Below are positions 45,454-45,892 of a stretch of 45,892 nt of DNA, one piece after another. Position 1 is the stretch's first letter, and each line of letters opens with the position of its first letter. The notes under the pieces are model-generated. The model was not told where the DNA came from, ran no database searches, and saw only the letters and a program-made list of their open reading frames with translations. The translations under genes and the position numbers were made by a program. This stretch comes from an uncultured Candidatus Nitrosopelagicus sp. (GTDB lineage Archaea > Thermoproteota > Nitrososphaeria > Nitrososphaerales > Nitrosopumilaceae), in the NCBI GenBank assembly GCA_964497885.1, contig CAZCFF010000001.1:1824-47715 (forward strand). The letters run 5' to 3'.

Positions 45454-45892
45454 ATGGAAAAGATTGCTGTTGTTACTGGAACTTCTAGCGGTATAGGATT
45501 TGAGACTAGTTTAGCACTAGCAAGAGAAGGATATTACACATATGCTACAATGAGAGATACCACAAAAAGTGATAAAATTAAAGAGTTAGCAGAAAAAGAG
45601 AATTTGAAAATTGATGTGTTAAAACTAGATGTGGATGATGAAACTTCAGTGAAAACTGCTATACAAAAAATTCTTGATGAAAAACAGAGGATTGATGTTC
45701 TTGTAAATAATGCAGGATGGGGTCTCTGGGGTTGTGTCGAAGATGTATCTATTGATGAATTTAAGGCGCAATTTGATACCAACTTCTTTTCAATAATAAG
45801 ACTAATTCAGGAAGTTGGACCTACAATGAGAAAACAGGGTTCTGGAACAATAGTTAATGTTAGTTCAGTTGTAGGTCGTATTGGATTTCCAG
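45454..45892 (+). CDS. Short-chain dehydrogenase/reductase (3' end truncated by the window)
   Basis: Hand translation MEKIAVVTGTSSGIG...LDV...NNAG...VNVSS. Not in ORF track. Confidence 0.92.
   Translation, partial: MEKIAVVTGTSSGIGFETSLALAREGYYTYATMRDTTKSDKIKELAEKENLKIDVLKLDVDDETSVKTAIQKILDEKQRIDVLVNNAGWGLWGCVEDVSIDEFKAQFDTNFFSIIRLIQEVGPTMRKQGSGTIVNVSSVVGRIGFP

Overview
An AT-rich core-chromosome segment from a marine ammonia-oxidising archaeon (Nitrosopumilaceae, possibly Nitrosopelagicus-like). The assignment is inferred from the ADP-forming 3-hydroxypropionyl-CoA synthetase/hydratase pair, the thaumarchaeal WIKNNAGWW repeats and the archaeal information-processing genes. The window holds two tRNAs, the exosome superoperon, rpo3-rpl18e-rpl13-rps9, a NitT/TauT ABC transporter, a LysW-based Arg/Lys biosynthesis cluster, riboflavin/FAD genes, dnaG, HP/HB-cycle genes, gdhA, psmA and an orphan DNA methyltransferase. 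I found no mobile element or CRISPR array. Several elements are missing from the ORF track: two lysW genes, a Cys-rich metallothionein-like ORF, a 35-aa C2H2-like ORF, a candidate C/D box sRNA and both window-edge genes. Two observations stand out. (1) The second LysW carrier ends in EDWGQ rather than EDWGE, so it lacks the gamma-carboxylate that carries the substrate, which implies an undescribed maturation step or chemistry. (2) rrp4 is tandemly duplicated, and within a 139-bp tract of about 94% identity the second copy has lost exactly the two glycines of the KH GxxG RNA-binding loop.
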